From positions 125,413 through 189,412 of IMG/VR virus record IMGVR_UViG_3300014205_000001: 64,000 bases of DNA; one strand, 5' to 3'. Source of the stretch: a virus (lineage: Duplodnaviria; Heunggongvirae; Uroviricota; Caudoviricetes). Position numbers and translations under genes: made by a program. This document shows, one piece after another, positions 47,537 to 57,548 of the stretch; position 1 is the stretch's first letter; every line of letters starts with the position of its first letter. The notes below the pieces were generated by a model. The model was not told where the DNA came from and did no database searches. It saw only the letters and a program-made list of their open reading frames with translations.

Positions 47537-49187
47537 GTTTATCAAGTGGGATTGAAGGTACTAATTCAATATTTAATATTGTGTTGGGTATCGTAATAAA
47601 ACCATTAATGAACTGAATAATCATTTTCAAAAATGCTTCAATCATTCCTTTTACTAAGGAAGCATCTGCTCCTTGTGGAATTGATAAGAAAGGAATTTTC
47701 GTAATATCACCATCTTTAGCTCCTAAAAATTCTAACAATTTTTCCAACGATAATAAATCTTTTATCCATTTAAAAGATAAAAAGTCTTCAATTGTTTTAG
47801 GTAATTCTTGTACTTTAAAAAGTTTAGTAATAAGACCCGTAAAAAAATCAAGAATACCTTTTAACATATTAATGGGCATTGCAACAATATTTGCAACTTG
47901 TTTTAATATAGGTTGTTCAGGACCTTCTACTTTTTCTTTCCCTACTTTAAATGTTGGTATTCCATTTTTTAAACCTAATGTAATATTGAAAATTCCAGCA
48001 CCGATTGCAGCAACACCGTCTAACACAAATTTATCTCCTGACCAATATTTATCTCCTGCAGGAGTACCTTTAATTGCAGGGTCAAACATTTCGAAATGTT
48101 CTTTTAATTTCGTCATCAAAATATCACCTAAGAATTTAACTGGGTCCGACATTAAGGTAGTAAATGCTGTAATGAAAGGTATTAATTTTTTAATGATAAT
48201 AGGTACAGTAGCTTTAATAAATTGTCGTACAGCTTTTACTAAGTTACCACCTGGAAAATTTTTGGGTTGTGCAGTTGAAGTTTTATTTGCAACTTCAGGT
48301 TTGATAGTTGCTGTTAAATAAAAATCTTCAAAATAATAAGGATTTTCAATATCCTGTAAATTATCTTCAATTTTTTTGGTAACTTTTACGTCATAATCAT
48401 TTTCAATATCAATAACAATTTCGTTATTTAAATAAGTAGTTGTGATAATTTTAAAATAACGAGATATATTATCAGGTACTTGACCTTTCAGTTGAAATTC
48501 TTCACTCATTTCACTCCATTCATCTGCAATACTTTCTAAACGATTATCAGTTATTTCTTGTTGCATTCCTTGATCTAAAGTAGCAATTGATTGTTGCAAA
48601 CTAGTTACTTCTTCATTATAAAATTCATCATAATTTTGATATTGTGGCCAATATCTAGTTAACCAAAATTCCGAATTTTCAGGTTCCGTGTTTAAAGCAT
48701 TTACGTCACCCGTAGGTTGATTCCGACGATATTTCCCTAAGTATATTACATTAGGTAAAGGTGGAATTTCATTATTAGGTGGTTGTTCAGTTTTTTCAAA
48801 ACCTGTTTTCATTTTATCCATATCTTTTTTATTGCTTTTAAATGAAGCAATCATGGAATTAGGATCGTTTAAAGGATTTGAACCACCAATTAATACTTTT
48901 ACAACGTATTCTACACTGCCAAATAATTCTAAACAAATTTTTGCTAATTCGATTAAAGGTTTTTGTGATTCTAACATGGAAGAAATAACTGTTTTTTCCA
49001 TTGCATGAATACCTGATTTTTTGTTAGGTGTCGATGCTTTATCAAAAACTGCTTTATCTTGAGGTGTTTTTATACTACTTGCGATAGGTGCAAATTGCGC
49101 TTTCATGATCGCATCAGCGATACCAATATCACCATTTACAAAATTGTTCAATTTGTTAATATCAAAGGCAAAAGGGGCTGTAGACAT
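47526..49187 (-). CDS. hypothetical late protein with amphipathic C-terminal helices
   Basis: 553 aa; AATATATA 7 nt before ATG. Confidence 0.75.
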   Translation of the reverse strand: MSTAPFAFDINKLNNFVNGDIGIADAIMKAQFAPIASSIKTPQDKAVFDKASTPNKKSGIHAMEKTVISSMLESQKPLIELAKICLELFGSVEYVVKVLIGGSNPLNDPNSMIASFKSNKKDMDKMKTGFEKTEQPPNNEIPPLPNVIYLGKYRRNQPTGDVNALNTEPENSEFWLTRYWPQYQNYDEFYNEEVTSLQQSIATLDQGMQQEITDNRLESIADEWSEMSEEFQLKGQVPDNISRYFKIITTTYLNNEIVIDIENDYDVKVTKKIEDNLQDIENPYYFEDFYLTATIKPEVANKTSTAQPKNFPGGNLVKAVRQFIKATVPIIIKKLIPFITAFTTLMSDPVKFLGDILMTKLKEHFEMFDPAIKGTPAGDKYWSGDKFVLDGVAAIGAGIFNITLGLKNGIPTFKVGKEKVEGPEQPILKQVANIVAMPINMLKGILDFFTGLITKLFKVQELPKTIEDFLSFKWIKDLLSLEKLLEFLGAKDGDITKIPFLSIPQGADASLVKGMIEAFLKMIIQFINGFITIPNTILNIELVPSIPLDKLKI

Positions 49188-49265
49188 ATAGATTTATATA
49201 TTATTCAGGTCAGTTTATGGTTAAAATGACATATAATGATGACTAGATCAGCTGTAGAAGAAGTA

Positions 49266-49300
49266 TTTTTTAGTTTCAAAAGTAATGATTATATTTATAG
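49266..49300 (+). promoter_or_regulatory. class-1 (early) promoter
   Basis: TTTTTTAG-N16-TATATTTATAG. Confidence 0.65.
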
Positions 49301-49321
49301 ACATCTTAAATATAGTTAAAT

Positions 49322-49726
49322 ATGACAACAATTAAAGTATCAGACATTATCTCTTTAGTAAGAGACGAAGCAGTAAAACTTAAAAAGTTAATTACTTTGC
49401 GACAAACAATCAATTTAAATCTTAACAATCGTATTACTGAAAATATATACGATCAATTAACAGGTAGTTCTGAAAATAATCAGGCTATTAATCTGTTAAA
49501 CAAATGTACTCAACCGTATTCGTCTGATTTATTTCTTTTTAAGTCACCTCGTCAAAATTCTTTTGATTATAAAAGAACACAACCCGTATTTTCACCTTTG
49601 GAAATTTTCTGTTATTATGCAACCAATGATCAATTGGAAGTAATTCATAAATATTTAAGAAATGAAATTTCCGAATTGTATTTTGATAAATTCATCAGCA
49701 GTTTAAAAATTAAAACTAAGAAATAA
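49322..49726 (+). CDS. hypothetical protein
   Basis: 134-aa ORF. Confidence 0.75.
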   Translation: MTTIKVSDIISLVRDEAVKLKKLITLRQTINLNLNNRITENIYDQLTGSSENNQAINLLNKCTQPYSSDLFLFKSPRQNSFDYKRTQPVFSPLEIFCYYATNDQLEVIHKYLRNEISELYFDKFISSLKIKTKK

Positions 49727-49908
49727 TGAACAAGGAACAACAACAATTAATCTTTGTAGTATTTCAGAAATACGGCGAAGTAACAATTCGGTCAATTACA
49801 TTAGAAATTGAGGAACAACAAAACAAAAATCAACCTAATAAAAGCATGATTGAAAATTTACACGTAGTAAATGATTTTATGCTTGCTAAACAAATCCAAT
49901 TAACATAA
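49726..49908 (+). CDS. small hypothetical protein
   Basis: 60 aa, coupled. Confidence 0.6.
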   Translation: MNKEQQQLIFVVFQKYGEVTIRSITLEIEEQQNKNQPNKSMIENLHVVNDFMLAKQIQLT

Positions 49909-50028
49909 TGATACAAACAGCTGAAAGAAATCCGAATGAAAACGATTTTCAGTTAATGTGTCAAATCATAGAAGCTGAAGAAAGGGATAAATTATCTCTT
50001 TTAAATGCACTTACAATCGATAACAATT

Positions 50029-50505
50029 ATGAAACAGAAAGAAATAGTCGTCTTTGCATTAAGACGCGATCAAGTAACAGGTAAAAATGAAGGTGAAGTT
50101 TACACGATTGATAAGGTACCTTTGGGTACTGTAAATATCAATCATTATTCATCACCTAAACTAAGTGATCAGCAAACATTTATTTGTGTAGGTAAAGCTG
50201 CAATTAAAGAAGGTTACGAACGTTATGATTTATGGTTAGGTCATAAACATGAAATTGGTTACAGGGATGTAATTAGAGAAATTAAAAAATATTGTAATCG
50301 TCATCAAATGCAACCTTTGGAAGTTAAACTTCATGACGAAAACAAACAAGTGTGGAAAGTTGCTGCACAAATGTTTTTCACCCATCAATGTTCTACTCTG
50401 AAGAAACATATTTTAGATACGTTTCACAATACCAATTTACAACCCACTGTGCCCATCCCTTTACAATGTACAATTATATTCACCATTAAAAAAATCAAAA
50501 AATGA
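50029..50505 (+). CDS. hypothetical protein
   Basis: Start uncertain (50005 or 50029); stop overlaps the nadC start. Confidence 0.65.
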   Translation: MKQKEIVVFALRRDQVTGKNEGEVYTIDKVPLGTVNINHYSSPKLSDQQTFICVGKAAIKEGYERYDLWLGHKHEIGYRDVIREIKKYCNRHQMQPLEVKLHDENKQVWKVAAQMFFTHQCSTLKKHILDTFHNTNLQPTVPIPLQCTIIFTIKKIKK

Positions 50506-51377
50506 TCAACTACGAACAACCCGATTGGGACGAATTATTTTCACAATGGTTAGCAGAAGATGGTGAGGATATTACCACAAATGCAACAATTGATCGGAAG
50601 CAAAAAGGAACAATGAAACTACTTGTTAAACAACCTTGTGTTATTGCAGGCATTGAAGCTGTGGATAAATTGGTTCATTCAAAATCATGGTTAGGCATGA
50701 TACAAATATTACCTAAATTCAAAGATGGTGATATTCTTCAACGAGGCGAAATAGCGTTTACAATTGAAGGACCTGTACATATTTTACTCACATTGGAAAG
50801 AACAATTCTTAATCTCATGCAACGGATGAGTGGTATTGCAACCAAAACTCGTAGTTATGTTATGCAATGCGAAGGACATAACGCAAAAGTATGTGATACT
50901 AGAAAAACTGCACCAGGTTTAAGGTTCTTTGATAAATGGGCAGTAAATATTGGTGGTGGAACAAATCATCGAATGGGATTAAACGATATGTTCATGATTA
51001 AAGATAATCACGCAGATTTTAGTGGAGGTATCGAAAAAGCAATTATGAAAGTTCATGATTTTAAAATGAACAACGAAGAATATCGCAGTCGACCCGTTGC
51101 TGTGGAAGTACGAAATTTTGATGAATTATACAGTGTCTTACGCACAGGAGCTATTGATCGTATTATGTTGGATAATATGAACCCGGAACTTACGTTAGAA
51201 GCTGTAAAAATCATTGCAAGTACAAAAAATATCAGTAAGGTTGTTGTCGAATCAACTGGTGGAATTAATGTGGACAATATCCGGAAATACGCTTCATGTG
51301 GTGTGGATTTTATTTCTGTAGGGGATTTAACACACCACGTAAATTCAATCGATTTAAGTTTAAAATTTGTAAAATAA
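50502..51377 (+). CDS. nadC: quinolinate phosphoribosyltransferase
   Basis: ED..DIT, ER..LN..QRMSGIAT, DTRKT.PG, HR.GL.D..MIKDNH, VEV, MLDN, GVDFISVG.LTH. Confidence 0.95.
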   Translation: MINYEQPDWDELFSQWLAEDGEDITTNATIDRKQKGTMKLLVKQPCVIAGIEAVDKLVHSKSWLGMIQILPKFKDGDILQRGEIAFTIEGPVHILLTLERTILNLMQRMSGIATKTRSYVMQCEGHNAKVCDTRKTAPGLRFFDKWAVNIGGGTNHRMGLNDMFMIKDNHADFSGGIEKAIMKVHDFKMNNEEYRSRPVAVEVRNFDELYSVLRTGAIDRIMLDNMNPELTLEAVKIIASTKNISKVVVESTGGINVDNIRKYASCGVDFISVGDLTHHVNSIDLSLKFVK

Positions 51378-51383
51378 ACAAAC

Positions 51384-51638
51384 ATGGAATATTTTTTCAT
51401 CGCTATAATTTTAGCACTAGTATGTTACGCCTTTTATAAGAAAGGTCAAGAAATCTCAATGTTCAAACGTGGAAGTAGAAATCCATTTGTACGTGAATGT
51501 AAAAAATGTGGAGCAATACATAACCAAATGTGTTGGGATATTCATGATGCAAATTCATGGTGGGAAGAAGTTTCGGAAGGTAATGACCCAAATTGCAAAT
51601 GTAAAAATCATCAACATAATCCATTACCTGGATTTTAA
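51384..51638 (+). CDS. membrane-anchored small Cys-rich protein
   Basis: N-terminal TM helix; CKKC..CKC..H. Confidence 0.7.
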   Translation: MEYFFIAIILALVCYAFYKKGQEISMFKRGSRNPFVRECKKCGAIHNQMCWDIHDANSWWEEVSEGNDPNCKCKNHQHNPLPGF

Positions 51639-51649
51639 AGTAAATAAAT

Positions 51650-52057
51650 ATGGATAGTTTCAAAAAACGATTACTGGCTTTAATGCACGACACAGCACGT
51701 CCGATGTTGTCAATGCATTCACATGTAGAATTAATTAGAAAACTGGGTGTATCACCACAAGTTGATGAACATTTAGAAAAAATGGTGGAACGTACACGAC
51801 AAGTTACTGGACATCTGGATAAATTCTATACTGATTCTCAAGTAACTGAAACACCTGTAGGATTACCTGAAGAAAAAGTTGCTGAATTAATTATCAAATT
51901 TACAAAATTGAATTTGAAAGATGAGCAAGTAATTCAATGTGCGCTTATTACGTGTGATCAAATGTTAAATGAAAGTAAAATGAAATTTTGTGGTGAAGGA
52001 ATTAATGATCAACATTATAAATTCTGGGAAACTGTAAAAACGCTGCTTTCTGAATAA
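51650..52057 (+). CDS. hypothetical protein
   Basis: 135-aa ORF. Confidence 0.7.
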   Translation: MDSFKKRLLALMHDTARPMLSMHSHVELIRKLGVSPQVDEHLEKMVERTRQVTGHLDKFYTDSQVTETPVGLPEEKVAELIIKFTKLNLKDEQVIQCALITCDQMLNESKMKFCGEGINDQHYKFWETVKTLLSE

Positions 52058-52058
52058 T

Positions 52059-52086
52059 TAAACTATATCGCCTATAAAGCATATAA
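52059..52086 (+). promoter_or_regulatory. class-2 promoter TAAAC-N18-TATAA
   Basis: Exact motif. Confidence 0.75.
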
Positions 52087-52107
52087 TTGTAAAAGATTAT
52101 AAGTTTT

Positions 52108-53106
52108 ATGGGCGGTTTAGCAATTAAAAACGCGTTAACACGACGTTACAATAAAGATGAATTTGAAGCAATTATTCCTGACATTTTAGAAAAAGCTAAA
52201 AGGATTTTTCCGGATGTAGTTTCGACACAAGCGTATCGGAATAAACCTACGTTTGGTGATGCAGATATTTTGTGTTTATGGGATGGTCAACCTCATGATT
52301 TAAAACAATGGATTACAGAAACATTTGAATCCAAAGAAGTTGTACAAAATACAACTGTCTATTCATTCGAATACAAAGAACTTCAAGTTGATTTTATTTT
52401 GACTCCAAATGAAAATTGGGAGTCAGCTAAAACATATTTTTCTTACAATGATATTCATAACCTGATCGGTAAATTGTTTCATAGTGTAGGTTTAAAATGG
52501 GGACAAGACGGTTTACGATATGTATATCGTGTTGACGGTAAAGTATTAGGAGAAATAAATCTTACGACTTCTTATGAAGAAGCATTTAAATTAGTAGGTT
52601 TAGACCCAAAAGTTTATAGTGATGGTTTTGATGATTTGATTGATATGTTTAAATACGTTGTTACTTCACCATTCTTTAATCCTATTAAATATGATTTAGA
52701 AAATCTAAATCGTATTAATCGTGAACGTGATAAAAAACGTAAAACTTATGCAGCATTCATTGAATACATTGAACCTTTACGTGCAAACGAATTCAAATAT
52801 TTTTATCATGATAAAAAAGTATATTTAGGTTTGATCGATCATTATTTCCCAGGATTTCTAGTGAAATATCGCGAATTGGAAATTAAAGAAGAAAGAAAAC
52901 GTCAAATACATTCACTGTATAATGGTAATTTAATTATGCAGAAATATGCAATTGAAGGTAAAAAATTAGGTGCAGCTATGACTAATTTAGTTGAATGGTT
53001 AGGTTATCAAACGTATGATCAATTTGAAGATTGGATTTTAAGATTAAATGATACGGAACGTATTTTGGAAGTTTTTGGTAAAGCAAATGAATTAAGTATC
53101 AAATAA
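52108..53106 (+). CDS. Pol-beta-superfamily nucleotidyltransferase
   Basis: MGG start, K.TFGDADIL (GDxD), LQVDFI third Asp. Confidence 0.75.
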   Translation: MGGLAIKNALTRRYNKDEFEAIIPDILEKAKRIFPDVVSTQAYRNKPTFGDADILCLWDGQPHDLKQWITETFESKEVVQNTTVYSFEYKELQVDFILTPNENWESAKTYFSYNDIHNLIGKLFHSVGLKWGQDGLRYVYRVDGKVLGEINLTTSYEEAFKLVGLDPKVYSDGFDDLIDMFKYVVTSPFFNPIKYDLENLNRINRERDKKRKTYAAFIEYIEPLRANEFKYFYHDKKVYLGLIDHYFPGFLVKYRELEIKEERKRQIHSLYNGNLIMQKYAIEGKKLGAAMTNLVEWLGYQTYDQFEDWILRLNDTERILEVFGKANELSIK

Positions 53107-53156
53107 TTTTACTATTTGTTAAATAATGCATATAATTGTTTAACAATTCATTTTCA

Positions 53157-53633
53157 ATGCAAATTACACAAATTCAAGATACAGCACTTAAATTATATTT
53201 AGGAATCCATATTAACGAATCTGAAGCAGATGTGAATGATTTACTTTTTGGTAAAATATTAACACTAGCTGCTGACACTATACCTGATTTCAAAATGTGT
53301 AATGAAAGACTTTTGGATAGAAATCGTGATAAATACCATATCACGATTTTTAATGCAGCTGAATGTGCAAAAACTCCAATCCTGTTACAAAACGTTACAG
53401 GTCTTTTAGTAAAAAATTCAAGTATTACTTATAAAGGTTTAGGTTCTTTAGAACAGGACGGAATGATTACATATTATGTAGTAGTTGATTCACCTGTATT
53501 AAATGCATTGCGTAGTGATGCAAATTTACTCCCTAAAGATTTTCATATCACTATTGGTTTTACACATAAAGATTTATTTAAAGGTCGTAAAAACGAACCT
53601 AATGTTTTACAATTTAACCCCTCAATTATATGA
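53157..53633 (+). CDS. 2H phosphoesterase
   Basis: YHITI and DFHITIGF; start moved to ATG 53157. Confidence 0.8.
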   Translation: MQITQIQDTALKLYLGIHINESEADVNDLLFGKILTLAADTIPDFKMCNERLLDRNRDKYHITIFNAAECAKTPILLQNVTGLLVKNSSITYKGLGSLEQDGMITYYVVVDSPVLNALRSDANLLPKDFHITIGFTHKDLFKGRKNEPNVLQFNPSII

Positions 53634-54925
53634 GCAGCGCAGCAGCAAATAAACAATATCTTGACATTCAACGTGATCAAATCAGAATCATTGATACATT
53701 AAATTTATTACGTAGATTTTATCGTGAATGTAATAAAGAATACGCACGTGTATTAACAACCGATTACCTTAAAGAAAAATCTTTGCCACATCAAATAACA
53801 GCTGTTATTCAAGATAAAGGTATTGTTCGTGTTAAAGGTGCAGGTGCCGGTAAAACATTTTTATGGGCAACTACTCCACCTACTGAAGAAATGGCAGAAC
53901 AATGTTGGCGGGAAGCAGTACGTATTCGTTCCGAATATGAAGTAACTAAAGCACGGGAACGTAGAGGTGAATCACCAAATCGTGTTCAGGTAGGTCATAA
54001 ACAATTCATCCGTTTGGTTAATCCAACACCTAATACACCTATTTCAGTATTGAAGAAAATTCCAGGTACTGTAACAGAAGTAAATGTACTTAAAAAGTTG
54101 AAAGTAATTAAAACACTTTTAACTACAGGTCAAAGTGCAATGGATTTTGCAAGCTTATGTCTTCATCATGGTATTTCAACTAAATGGGAAAAAGCATTTC
54201 TTAAAACAGTTGTTGGTCGTACTCATAAAGGTTTTGAATGGATTGCAAGTGATGATATTGATTACGAAATGGTACGTAATGTAATTGATGTAAGTAAAAC
54301 AATTACTGAAACAGAATTGGATATACCTACACCAATTATTAAACCATCACAAGAAATCAAATCAGAATTTGAAAAGGTATTGGAAACAAAAACAGCTGAA
54401 ATAAAAAACGAAATTTTACCTGAAATTAAATCTAAAAAAGAGGATGATGAAAATTCCCGTAGCAATCAACGATTGTTCCGTTTATTTTCTTTATTACAAG
54501 AACTTCATAAAATTTTAAACTATGAAGTAGTACGTTCTATTTCTTCTTTTTGTCGTAAACATAACATACCTGAAAGTATGGTAAAAGTTATGAAGGATTC
54601 AAAAATTATTACAAAAACAGAATTAGGTTATAATTGGATTGGACCTGTACCTTCAAAAACATTAACTGAAGAATTAAACGACAGTTACAATAAAAAGTAC
54701 AATGTATATACTCCTAAAAAAGTAGTAACCAATGAAATTGGTGATAAAGTTATTTTTACTAAAAATAAAAAGGAAATGTCACCTCAGCAAATGGGAAATA
54801 TTTTGGTTAATTTTCTTACTGATCAAAAGGATGAGAAAAAGAAACAGATTATGAAATTGGCTGAAAAATTCACAAAAGCTGGTAATTACGAAATGGCGGA
54901 ACAGTTGCTAGATCAGGTGATCTAG
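53630..54925 (+). CDS. protein with three internal winged-helix-like repeats
   Basis: Repeats ending TFLW, GFEW, GYNW. Confidence 0.6.
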   Translation: MSSAAANKQYLDIQRDQIRIIDTLNLLRRFYRECNKEYARVLTTDYLKEKSLPHQITAVIQDKGIVRVKGAGAGKTFLWATTPPTEEMAEQCWREAVRIRSEYEVTKARERRGESPNRVQVGHKQFIRLVNPTPNTPISVLKKIPGTVTEVNVLKKLKVIKTLLTTGQSAMDFASLCLHHGISTKWEKAFLKTVVGRTHKGFEWIASDDIDYEMVRNVIDVSKTITETELDIPTPIIKPSQEIKSEFEKVLETKTAEIKNEILPEIKSKKEDDENSRSNQRLFRLFSLLQELHKILNYEVVRSISSFCRKHNIPESMVKVMKDSKIITKTELGYNWIGPVPSKTLTEELNDSYNKKYNVYTPKKVVTNEIGDKVIFTKNKKEMSPQQMGNILVNFLTDQKDEKKKQIMKLAEKFTKAGNYEMAEQLLDQVI

Positions 54926-54951
54926 CCGTAAAGTGTTAAAATGTAAAGTAA

Positions 54952-54987
54952 ATTTCCTAGATTCATTTATTATACGTATATTTATAG
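54952..54987 (+). promoter_or_regulatory. class-1 (early) promoter
   Basis: TTTCCTAG-N16-TATATTTATAG. Confidence 0.65.
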
Positions 54988-55006
54988 TACGTTAAAATCG
55001 AAGGTC

Positions 55007-55411
55007 ATGAATTTACAACCTTATAAAGTAACAATCGTTAACAAATCAGCTACTGAATTGGCAGCGATTCCACAAAATGTTCTTGCAAAAGATTTTCATT
55101 TAGTAAAAGATTTATTCATGCCATGTTATGGTTTGGATGCTTTAACTGAAATTTTTATGGCAAGTCCCGAAAGTATCAGTCAATTAATTCAATACTATAA
55201 AGGACTTGGAATTGAAATTAGTTACAGCCATAAAAAAGGACGTGAATTTATTGTAAATAATCAAAATACAGTAAATAGAAAAGGAAACGTCGAATTTATA
55301 TGTTCATCTATTCAGTACCTTGTTGATCATTGTAACGAGGACGAAATTTATTCCAAATTAAATCACGATAAAGTAACACCTGCTGATCAATTCATTTTAG
55401 AAACTGCATAA
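55007..55411 (+). CDS. hypothetical protein
   Basis: 134-aa ORF. Confidence 0.75.
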   Translation: MNLQPYKVTIVNKSATELAAIPQNVLAKDFHLVKDLFMPCYGLDALTEIFMASPESISQLIQYYKGLGIEISYSHKKGREFIVNNQNTVNRKGNVEFICSSIQYLVDHCNEDEIYSKLNHDKVTPADQFILETA

Positions 55412-55412
55412 C

Positions 55413-55628
55413 ATGGGACGTCCAAAAACACAAATCTATTTAAATGGTAAATTAGTAAAATCCAAAAGTGATTTACCTAAAAAAGCTGTTCTTAAAGAAC
55501 AGAAACGTATTTCAAAAGACTATTACGAAACACCTGATTACACTCATCAGGAAGATGTAAAAATCCGCAATTCTTTTGAGAAATCTAGAGAATTACGTGA
55601 ACAATCAGAATTGTACCACGGTGGATAA
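55413..55628 (+). CDS. small basic hypothetical protein
   Basis: 71-aa ORF. Confidence 0.65.
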   Translation: MGRPKTQIYLNGKLVKSKSDLPKKAVLKEQKRISKDYYETPDYTHQEDVKIRNSFEKSRELREQSELYHGG

Positions 55629-55669
55629 AATATTGAATTAACAATTCAATTGGAGGGTAATACCTAAAC

Positions 55670-55702
55670 AAAAGCCTCGATAATTTCTTATCGAGGCTTT
55701 TT
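55670..55702. terminator. bidirectional terminator
   Basis: AAAAGCCTCGATAA-tttc-TTATCGAGGCTTTT. Confidence 0.9.
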
Positions 55703-55721
55703 AGTATAGTTAAGAATGAAT

Positions 55722-56504
55722 TTAAGCCATTAGAGAAGGGTTAGAACCACCAGACGTAGTTACCTTCAAAGTTTTTGTTTGAGGGTCGTATTCAGTGCTT
55801 TTTCCCATAAACCCTAAAGGATTTTTACCTGATTTGTCAAATACAAACATTACAGCTGATTTTGCTTCTTCAGGTGTCATACCTTTTTTAGTTAATGTTT
55901 CGATTTGTACTTTAGAACGGCGATCTTTTGTTACAAAAGCTTGCGCTTCAGGACTTCCGCCGTAATTGTTACTAGCATTGTATTCGATAGTTCCCATTAC
56001 TTTATTTTTAAGATCACCAAAGAATCCTTCATTTACACCTTTCGTAATACTTTCGTATGTTTTTAATATCGCTAAAATTACGCTTCCATAATTTTCTAAA
56101 TTTTGCATGTATAAATCTTTTACATCGTGTGATGCACCATTTATAATATGTAATTTAGCAAAATCTTTGTTTCTTGGGTCTGTAGGACCAACTGAATAAA
56201 AACAAGAAAAATTTATTTGTTCACCATTACTAAATTCAATATCAATATTACTTCTTTCATCATTTACAGTACCATCAACATTTTTAATTGTTAAAGGTTC
56301 TACTGGAAAAAATTTCCAATTTTTTGCAATTTTAGATTCATCTTGTTCATAACCTTCAAAATCACCTTCAAATTTAACATTAAAAATATTTGCTTGAGGT
56401 GTTACAGGCGCACCAGAAAACGAATCTAAATTTTCGTAAATCTTCGGAACTTTAATTCCTAATTTAGCTTGTTCAGCTAAAAATTCTTTGTGAGTGATTT
56501 TCAT
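55722..56504 (-). CDS. putative internal head protein, paralogue of 56516-57049
   Basis: MKITHKEFLAE tag; shared C-terminal module after VNE-GFFG. Confidence 0.75.
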   Translation of the reverse strand: MKITHKEFLAEQAKLGIKVPKIYENLDSFSGAPVTPQANIFNVKFEGDFEGYEQDESKIAKNWKFFPVEPLTIKNVDGTVNDERSNIDIEFSNGEQINFSCFYSVGPTDPRNKDFAKLHIINGASHDVKDLYMQNLENYGSVILAILKTYESITKGVNEGFFGDLKNKVMGTIEYNASNNYGGSPEAQAFVTKDRRSKVQIETLTKKGMTPEEAKSAVMFVFDKSGKNPLGFMGKSTEYDPQTKTLKVTTSGGSNPSLMA

Positions 56505-56515
56505 AGTTCGTTTAA

Positions 56516-57049
56516 TTATTTGTTATTAATTGCACCTAAACCAGGAGCATTACCAACTCTTAATGTTTTAGTTGCAGGGTCGAATGTAACAGCTTTACCA
56601 ACAAAACCTAAAGGATTTTTGCTATTCTTATCGAATACATACATCACTGCAGCTTTTGCTTCTTCTGGTGTCATACCTTTTTTAGATAAAGTTTCAATTT
56701 GAACTTTTGCACGTGGGTCTTTTGCTACAAATGATTGTGCTTCAGGAGTACCAGCGTAATTGTTAGAAGTTTGATATTCTAGAGTACCTGATAATGCATT
56801 TTTAATGTTACCAAAAAATCCTTCAGTTGTAATTAATTTTGCTAATTTTGCTTGATCTTCATCAGATAATTTTTCTAACAAAGAATTGAAAATAACTAAA
56901 GACTCATTTGTTTCGTCTTCATTTTCTTCTTTTTCTTCATCATCTTCTTTCTTAGCTGGTTCAGCAGTTGTCATATCTTCAAAGATATGTGGAACTTTAA
57001 TACCTAAACTTACTTGTTCTTTTAAGAACTCTTTTAATGTAATTTTCAT
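56516..57049 (-). CDS. putative internal head protein, paralogue of 55722-56504
   Basis: MKITLKEFLKE tag; shared module after TTE-GFFG. Confidence 0.75.
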   Translation of the reverse strand: MKITLKEFLKEQVSLGIKVPHIFEDMTTAEPAKKEDDEEKEENEDETNESLVIFNSLLEKLSDEDQAKLAKLITTEGFFGNIKNALSGTLEYQTSNNYAGTPEAQSFVAKDPRAKVQIETLSKKGMTPEEAKAAVMYVFDKNSKNPLGFVGKAVTFDPATKTLRVGNAPGLGAINNK

Positions 57050-57069
57050 ATCTTATGTTTGAGTTATAA

Positions 57070-57513
57070 TTATTGTGCTTGAATTTCTCCTGTTGGTTCA
57101 GTACCTTGACTGTCACCACCTGGAGTAGGTTGAGATTGCATTTCAGGTGCAGCTGTTGGAGCGCCTGCAGTATCTTCAGCAGGTGGAGCACCAATTTCTT
57201 CAGGAGTAATTGTAGCTGAATTGGGTTCAGTTACTTTTTCACCTAAGATTTCAGATACTGGAAGTGATTCAACTGTAATAAAGTTAGCAGCAACGTAATT
57301 TACGATCATTTCAGCTAAGTCAACGTCTGACCAGTTTTCACGTGGGTCAATATCATTTTCTTTTTTAGCTTTACTTACGAATTGATTAATTACTGATTTA
57401 GGAACTTCAATTACTGTTTTTACTTTATATACGTCTCCATGTTTGAACACAGATTCGTGTAATGAACCTAATTTCTGTTCAATCAATTGTTCGCGTGTTT
57501 TTAAATATTTCAT
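57070..57513 (-). CDS. putative internal head protein
   Basis: MKYLKTREQLIE..SLHE; AATATATA at 57537-57544. Confidence 0.7.
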   Translation of the reverse strand: MKYLKTREQLIEQKLGSLHESVFKHGDVYKVKTVIEVPKSVINQFVSKAKKENDIDPRENWSDVDLAEMIVNYVAANFITVESLPVSEILGEKVTEPNSATITPEEIGAPPAEDTAGAPTAAPEMQSQPTPGGDSQGTEPTGEIQAQ

Positions 57514-57548
57514 GTGGAAAATGACTATTTTTATAGTATATATTAAAA

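Noticed and set aside
55722-57049. DGR template/variable repeat pair
   Set aside because: Both copies are coding with mostly synonymous differences, and no reverse transcriptase is in the window.
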